Below are positions 56,135-64,000 of a stretch of 64,000 nt of DNA, one piece after another. A model generated the notes under the pieces. The model saw nothing but the letters and a program-made list of their open reading frames with translations. It was not told where the DNA came from and ran no database searches. Source of the stretch: the human T2T-CHM13v2.0 reference genome, Homo sapiens; the NCBI RefSeq assembly GCF_009914755.1, contig NC_060930.1; one strand, 5' to 3'. How positions within the stretch are numbered: the first letter of the stretch is position 1; every line of letters begins with the position of its first letter. The position numbers and the translations under genes were made by a program.

Positions 56135-58763
56135 CTCAGCAACACCTTTCCTAACTCCAAAATGTGGTTGAAGATTGGGGGAAAAAATTTCATATTTCAA
56201 TCCTATGAGTTCCACTGTTCAATAAATGCATTACATATACAAACTGTGCTTAATACATGTTTATTAAAAATATTAGGAGAAAGATGGATGGGGTATAGGA
56301 CTTCTTGTCAACAGCTCTCCTTTCAAATACACTCTTCCTTTCTTCCCTTCCTCCACTGCATAACTTACTCACGTACTATGCTACTCGAAACTTCCTGAAG
56401 GCCTCAGGGAGATATTTATACAGCCAGGGCACAGAGACAGTCCTGGGGTCATAAAGCAGTGTGAGACTGGAGCAGGGCCTGGCTCAGGCTGCAGGTGAGT
56501 CAGTCCAGGTTTCCCAGGAAGCCTCAGCATTTCACTTGCCCCTCTCTGTAGTGCCACACTTTTCCTGGCCCCATGGCTCTGTGCTCAATTAATGCAGTCT
56601 GAAGTAGTCACAGGGAGTGTGGCAAGTGTGCAGGTGGGTGAGGACTTCTGAAGGGGTTACCCCTGTCCCACAGGTCACAGTAACAAACTGGCAACGGACT
56701 TCTGTGGTTCTCTCTGAATCTAAGAGAACATTCCTGATAACAAGTTAAAAGTTGTTCTTCAGTGGAAAGAAAAATGGATCCAAAAATATGCTGTGAACTA
56801 GTAGTTTAGGGTACCGGTACTATTAACTCTGATGTTTGCAGAAAACAAGTAGCTTACAACTCAGGTTACCAAAGTTGAATTGCATAAACATTTTCTTCCT
56901 TGGGGGAATCTGAACTGTATAACATTAGCCTTTCTGCCAGTGATTTTCAGGCCTTCCCTAACACTTACAATGGTACCCAGAATATATTCTCTGCTAAGCC
57001 TGGAGGCAGCCCTGTACAGCTAAGCCATTCAAGAGATATTATTCAGAAATGCCTCCAGAGGAGATGCTGCAGAGCTCCTTCAATATTCTGGCCCTCTCCA
57101 CAGCTAAGAATTTTTTTCCTTAGGTTTAAATTAGCTGACTTTTAACATAAGCATTCACATCTGCTTTCTTTCCCTTTGTGCAAGGGTAGCTGCTTCAAAT
57201 TTTGGGTGGGGCAAATTAGAACTCTTAGGTTGGAAAAGCTGCTCACAAAAACTTCATCACTTACTCACTCTTAGAAGCTTCAAGTTTTGTACTTGTCTGT
57301 CACCTTCATGTTGATTCTCTGGGATTCGAGGTCTATGAGCAATGAAGCCCATTAGCTAAATTCTTTTGGAAACCTGACAACATCGCACTGTGCAGTTGTT
57401 CCTGTGGGCACATCTGCTGCACAGTAGGGGAATGAAATTGGATGCGATCCTTCCCCTTCCTCCCAACTTCACTGTTTAAAATGGCACTGAGTTTTAGAAG
57501 TGATCTTGGGGGACAAGAAAGGCACCCTTGCACTTTGGTCACTACCCTCAACGTGTTCAAATGCTCCAGCTTTATGTTCATCATCGATTAAACACTTGAA
57601 TTTGTGATTCCCGAAAGCTACTTCTTAGACTGGGATTCAAGAAAAGAGGAAAAGCACTGGTGATTTTAAATTCCCACACTTTGCCTGTGACACAGTCCAC
57701 ACACACAGACACTGAGTAGGGAACCAAATGCCTCTTCCTGACGACACTTTGTGCTTTAGATTTCCCAATAAAACCCTTGCGTATCCACTCCTGCCTGCAA
57801 AGGGACCATTCATGTGGAAGCACAACATCTTATCTAAATCTCTGTATATCTCTCTATGAGGTCTTGTACACAGAAGGTTTTCAGTAAATATTTGTTGCCT
57901 GGAATGAATGATTGGACAAATTAATTATATAACTAGAATCTAGGTTTATTACTTTTCTGCATCAACATCAGAGAAAATAACCTTTTATAGGATGGAGCTG
58001 AAAAGAGACTGGGAGATTTGTTATTTTCAACCCCAGTACTCTATTACTTCCACATTACTTGGCAAAACATCCTGCCCAGAAAATGATCTGCTCTTTAAAA
58101 CTTTGCTCAGAGCTCTGCTCTGTACTGCCTCACAAGCCTCAAAGTTGAGACCAAGGTGCCACAGCCCTCACTGCTCTCCTGGTTCTGCAGAGACGGCTGT
58201 CACAGAGCAGCATTCCAGAGGTTCCATGGTGATTTCCTATTTTTTTTTCTTTCTTTCACAAAAGCTGTTGGGGTAACATTGCAAGAGTCCAAGAATTAGA
58301 ATTAGGTGATACATTTTCAAGTTGAAAACATAAAAATAAACTCAATTGGCAACTGATTTAAAATGTAGGAATTAGGCAGGTGGTGACACTGACAATGTGA
58401 AGATTGTTCTGAGTGTTATTCTGAACACTGCAGTATAGTTGGGATCTTAACAATCACTGTGGCTCACCAATTTTTCAAATGTTTACTTTCCATGCATATT
58501 TTGTGTCATCCTAGTCTGTTTAACTCAAAAGATCTAATCCCACCAGATCACCTATAATTAGAGAGTGATGATGCATTCTTAGAAGACAAATATAGACACC
58601 ACAGAGGTGATGCATCAGCAGTCTAAAAATAATTAATTCTTATCCTCACAAGGCCACCTACACCAAGACACTTGGGAACAGTTCACTATAGCCATAATGT
58701 CATAGAAGGATGGAAAAATCATTTTTCTTATCTGTAGAAGTAGGTCACAGCAAGAACATTTTG

Positions 58764-58765
<2 letters not shown>

Positions 58766-58798
<33 letters not shown>
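58766..58798 (+). repeat. Pure poly(A), about 33 nt
   Basis: Read directly from the sequence. Confidence 0.95.
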
Positions 58799-58801
<3 letters not shown>

Positions 58802-60624
58802 AGGGGGGACATGAATAGATTTTGTGACAGTCTTTTCATTTATTACCTTAATGCAAGACTTGATCATCAGTTCATTGTGTACTCTCCAATCATCTTCCTA
58901 CATGGTAAAGGACCAGAATTGAAGTTTTGAAATGCAGTATTTGGGGACACAGCAAAAAGCTTCATTACCAATATACTGCTTCTAAATGGAATAACAAGGG
59001 CCCAAACATTTGAGACAATAACTGGTTTTTGTTGTTTTTCTAATTACATGAAAATAAAACTTATAAATTAGAATACTTCTCACAAGTCTGAGCTAGGCAA
59101 TATATAGTCACAGAGGCTAAAGGTTAGCTGAAAGTTTCCCATAGCAACCTTTTAAACTCAGCACATGGGCCACATGTGAGACAGATTTTATTTCTTTTGA
59201 GACTTTCATTTAAACACATTGATCAGCTCTTTCAACAATGATCTGAGTTTTGTGCATTTCACTAGTGCTGCTGCCTTCTAAATAATGAATAGTTTTCCCC
59301 AATGAAGGTGAGGGGGTAGAAAAAGGGGATGTACAGGATTAGGACGGGGGATCACAACATTTACACTGATAATTTTATAATCTCAGGAGAAGTCATGGGA
59401 GGAGCTGATTATCTACCCTGCTTAAAGCTTTCTCCTGTCATCGGTCAGAAAGGCTGGACACTCTTCCTGTGCTAGCAGCTGCTCCAATTAATGCTGTACC
59501 TCCTTAGAATCACACATTTGGATTCACAGGCTGACTGACACTGGACTTTCTTCCTGGGGAACAGAAAACATGTCTGCAGGAAACCAGGCTTCTCTCCTAA
59601 CTATAAGCTCTTATTGACCTACATTTTTAAGAAATTTGTTCTGAAGTTCTGATAAGGATTAGAACCCATTCTTTGGCTCCAACAGAGCTACTCATTTGGG
59701 CACACAGTCCTTCCTCCCTTCCCTCAAATGTACTAAAAAGATTTCTTCCATGCTTTTTTTTTTCTTGCTAAGAGCAATTCTATTTCATTTTTCACAGAAT
59801 ATGATTTTCTATGTTCACTTTATCATTTTTACTCCTCTTAGTGTCATTAATGACCTTCGAGCTTAGTCAGTTATTCTATGCTTTTTTTCTTCTGCATTCA
59901 TCCTTTTTTCCATTTTAGCACACTGAAGGCCAATTTTACAATGAGTAAACTGTAAAACTGTGTCCTAGTTCTCCTAGAGACAATCTTCTTTCTTTGAGCT
60001 ATTAAACTGGAATTTTTGGATTTTTTTTTTTAATCAAGGCTTTGTCACAGAACAGGTACAATCATTACAATGTAAAATTAGTCTTTTTTCCAATGAAAGT
60101 GGTGTAATACTCTACTTTCGACTTATAACTACACAGAAGGATTTGGGAAGCGGAATATAAAAGACCTATCAAGAGCTTCAAAGAGTTATGTGGAAAGTTA
60201 TATGATGTTTTGTTCCTGAAATATAGAAATAAAGTCATACCAGGGTATAATGCTAAAATTTTGCTTTCTGTATTTGCTATTGCAAAATTAGTTCATTTAA
60301 ACCTTGTAGAATAAACTGCCTTTCACTCACTCATACATCCACGTAGTCATCCTCTGGATGTATTCATTGGGTTCCTCCAATGTGTCAGGCAATAAAAAGC
60401 AAATCAAAATAAAACAACAAACAACCTTTTTTTTAAATCCTGAGAATCTTGTCAGTGGTTATTCTCTACTCTAGGCATGCCACTCTCCTCCAAAATGATC
60501 TCATACATGGTATTCACCTGCAAAAGATGAGGAGCCACAGTAACAATAAACCTACCTGCAGGCAGATTCACTAAGGTGGACAGTTTTACAGGACTGTTTC
60601 ACTAGTTATTAACTGAAAGCCCAG

Positions 60625-60870
60625 TGGCTATGCAATCCAGTGGGGAAAAAGAGGCTTTAGAATCAAATAACCTGTGCTTAGATTCTCGCTCTGTGGTTTG
60701 AGGCCAATATGGCTCTGACTTAGCTTCTCTAAGCCTCAGTTTCCTCATGTGAAAAACAGAAATAGCTGCACAAGTACCAAAGGGTGGTTATAATCACTAA
60801 GTGAATTAAAATCCACAAAGTTTCTATCACTGTACTGTTGCAAGGTTGACGTCCAATAAATTATAATTTT
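60625..60870 (+). mobile_element. MIR (more MIR fragments at ~24125-24330, 26030-26140, 50395-50610, 51985-52170, 57960-58050, 61555-61690 and 63515-63800)
   Basis: cttctctaagcctcagtttcctcatgtgaaaaa core. Confidence 0.7.
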
Positions 60871-61308
60871 AGCAGCATCATTATTATGGCTGGGTTTTAG
60901 AGCCTGGGAGAAATGACTGCTCCAGGCAAAGAATTCTTTTTTCTCAGAAAAGGAATGACAGGGTTAATTTCAAGTAGGCTGAGGATAACTAGGTTGTAAA
61001 AGAAGTGTAGCACATGTCCTAACCCAACCCCTCTTCTCTCTTGAGTTGTGCTCCTACTTCATTTACCCATGACCCACTTATTCATTATCTCCATAGATGC
61101 CCCTTTACATTAGCATCCCATTCACTGGGCCTTACCTGTCACCATTATCTTTTCCTCTATCATCCAAACTTATTTAGATACAGTTTAACTCAGGGCATTA
61201 GTGTATTACTTTAAATGAGTCAAGGGAAGGGAAGGTGATAAATCAGTTTACTTTTTGCTTGGGGATGGAGGTGATGGAAATGTGAGGAAGAGGACTGGAT
61301 AGCTGGAT

Positions 61309-61338
61309 CAAAACAAAATAAAACAAAACAAAACAAAC
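61309..61338 (+). repeat. (CAAAA)n
   Basis: Read directly from the sequence. Confidence 0.85.
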
Positions 61339-64000
61339 CCAGAACTTAATGATTCAAACTTAACAGCAGAAAGTGTCTTTTTACATATAAGTATGTCAAT
61401 ATTGACCTGCTTATCAACTACAACATTCACATCTAGCCTGAGTGAAAGGAAAGGCCATTCCCTCATAAGCTAAAAATGAATAAATGGATGCAAACAGCAT
61501 ATGGTTGGTCATAGAGAGGACTACTGACTTCTCACTTTGGCTCACAGAATTACAGAAGACTACAGCTGAACACAGAACACTAGAGTTTAAGAGACAGAGA
61601 CACTGAGGCCCAAAAATGTCTTACATGACTTGCTGAAGGCAATCCAGCTACTAGCTGCAGAGCTAAAACCAGAACCTAGATTTCTTTCAGTTTCCTCCAA
61701 AACTAATTTAAAATGATGAAGGTATAGTGTGTTTAGGTGGTTAGACTTATATTTTGTTTTTGTTTATTTTTATTTTGTTTAGTGTGAAAAAGATGCAGTC
61801 TGACTTTTAGAAAGGGCTTAGGTCTGAGGAATTTATGTGCCTTGGTGATGGTGGAGCAGTCCATGAATGCTTTGAAACAGCACAGAAAATTTCAAGCAGA
61901 TGCACTCTTTTAAAGGAATAGGACCCAAAGCTTTTATCAGATTCTTAAAGGTGTCAGTGAGCAAAACCAAGTGAAATGCAGTGGATTGGGTAGAGACCAG
62001 AGCAATTAGACCAGTGGTTTCCAAGGTGCCACAAGTGGAAATGTGTCCAGTGCAGACACAGACGACATGGGGTAGGGAGAAGTTGGCTGGAAAAGTGGAC
62101 TCTACTGTGGCACCTCGGCGTCAAGCAGGGCAGCTTTACTTTCTCTCTGCTTTCCAAATTAGTGTTCTGCTCCATTAGCTGAAGGAAAGGCTTCTGCTGC
62201 CAGGAGTAGGAGAACTGATATCCTTGTTAGACTGTATCCTATACAATATTAACAAAGCTGTGACTTCCACACTCATTTTTGAAAAAATAATTTATAGCAT
62301 TCTGCAAAGAGCCCCTTATCTACTGCTGTTCTATTACTTCCCCATTTAGCAATCAAGACGATACCTTTTGCTTCCCAACATCTTTGTGAATGCCTGCTGG
62401 TGGTAAGAAAATATGAGCGATGAACTGAAGCTGCTTATGAAAAAGAACCTATGTCCATCCTCTCTCATCCTGAGAGGATAATGGAAATTACTTTTTCCAT
62501 TTCCCTGGCTTCTCACAGGATGATCTTCATCCCAAAGGTCTGGGTGTTGCTATAGTTGTACCTGAAACCCTGAGTGGATTGCCCACCTTTTTCTCTTTTA
62601 TAACCTGTGGAATGCTCTCCCTTCCATTTTTTCTTCAGACAATAAAGAGTTGAGGGCATATTTTTAGAAGCAAAAAGTTTTAAGTTTTATAGAATGTTCT
62701 ATAACTTGGGATAGGGAAAAATGAGATCTAGCAAAAAGTAATAAAGCTTAGGAAGCAGTATATTTGGTCATTTTCAGCCAAAATTAGAGCTCCATGCCTC
62801 TAAGACACAGCCTAAATAATGTTGTGTTGCATTAACCTTGAGCTATAATATGGCAAAAGTAGATTACAGGAGATCACAGAAAAAATAGTTATAACAGCAG
62901 CAGCTAGCAGGAATATTTTGGCAAGCAATCGCTCTTACAGATTCCATTATAAACATCAGGATCACAGACGGGGCCTGTATGAGTCTGTACAAAATTCGAG
63001 TATAAATATTAAATATGTGACTTCACAAATAAGTACCATACTGGGAAATGACCACCCCGCCAACAAGTTTTGTATGTTTGTCTTATTTAGCTTCACCTGC
63101 CTCACTGAACGTGTTTCTGAAGGATGGCAGAACCCTGGGGTGGGAGGGGTAGTGAGAGATCAGCTGGTCCAACTCTACCTCTCCCGCCCACCACAGGTGC
63201 AACCATTTCTTCTTGTCAACATGCTCTCTTTGAATTATAATTTTTAAAGATATTCTATCATTGAACAGCTGGGCTTACAAACAGTAATGTTCCAGGTGTT
63301 GCAAGTTACCTTATAAAAGTGTAAGATGATAATCCTCTTTAAAAGGAACTTATGATCTCACTGGAAACTGAGACAGACACTTGAGCAGCTGTTAGTCATG
63401 CTATGTGACAACAGGTAGAGCAGGAAGTGATGCAAATATCAGTGTTGATCTTATTGTCTTCTTTGATATCCTTTACAATACCTAATATTAGGTATATGAC
63501 AAGCTTGTTGAACAAGAGTTCAACAGAGCACTGGGCTGGGAGATAAGAGCCTGGTCTCTAATAGTCATTGAAGTAGATGTTTACAATTAGAAATGGCATA
63601 GTCATAGGGACAAAAGTCATAATCATTTATTTAGTATTTATTATATTCCAAGGACTTGTCATATATTCATTGACTTTATCATTACAATATCCATAAGGTA
63701 AGTAATATTCTTATTACACAGATAAGACATCTTCCCTGAGGTCCTGTGGCCAGTGTGTACAAGGGTTGCAATTTCACACCACACCTGTCCAATTTCTAGG
63801 CCCATACCCCAGTCCTGCCCAAGTCTAGCCTTTTCTGAGATTCTGTACATCTGTGTCAAAATATCCACTATGGCATTTTCAATTATTAAATATAGCAAGA
63901 CTCATGAAGTATTTAGACATTACTGACATCTAAGTATGTAATAATATTCTACTTCTTACATTAATACATCTTAACTACTATTACTACAGCAGCTGTAAGA

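Noticed and set aside
57262-57420. Exon-like segment ending in GTGAGT on the minus strand
   Set aside because: Stops in all three frames. It could only be non-coding, and nothing else supports it.

Overview
Primate (most likely human) AT-rich, CpG-poor genomic DNA, dominated by interspersed repeats. It holds the 3' 4.6 kb of a dead L1PA LINE-1, a degenerate ERV-L pol region (RT, integrase, dUTPase) split by a MER6 transposon, six solo LTRs plus an MLT1A and a MER77-like LTR, seven Alus and two FLAM monomers, and many MER/Tigger/MIR/L2/old-L1 fossils. I see no intact protein-coding ORF, CpG island, RNA gene or CRISPR array. The long ORFs in the track are L1 fragments and most others are Alu-derived or chance. 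The only hint of a host gene is a candidate minus-strand terminal exon (acceptor at 40611, poly(A) signals at 40180 and 35889), which I cannot name. I found no convincing new biological system. The most unusual signals are local template-switch micro-inversions (1084-1117, 23313-23340), multi-level nested insertions, a trimeric Alu and an ETS:E-box/GATA enhancer candidate. Repeat subfamily names come from remembered consensus sequences and should be confirmed with RepeatMasker/Dfam.
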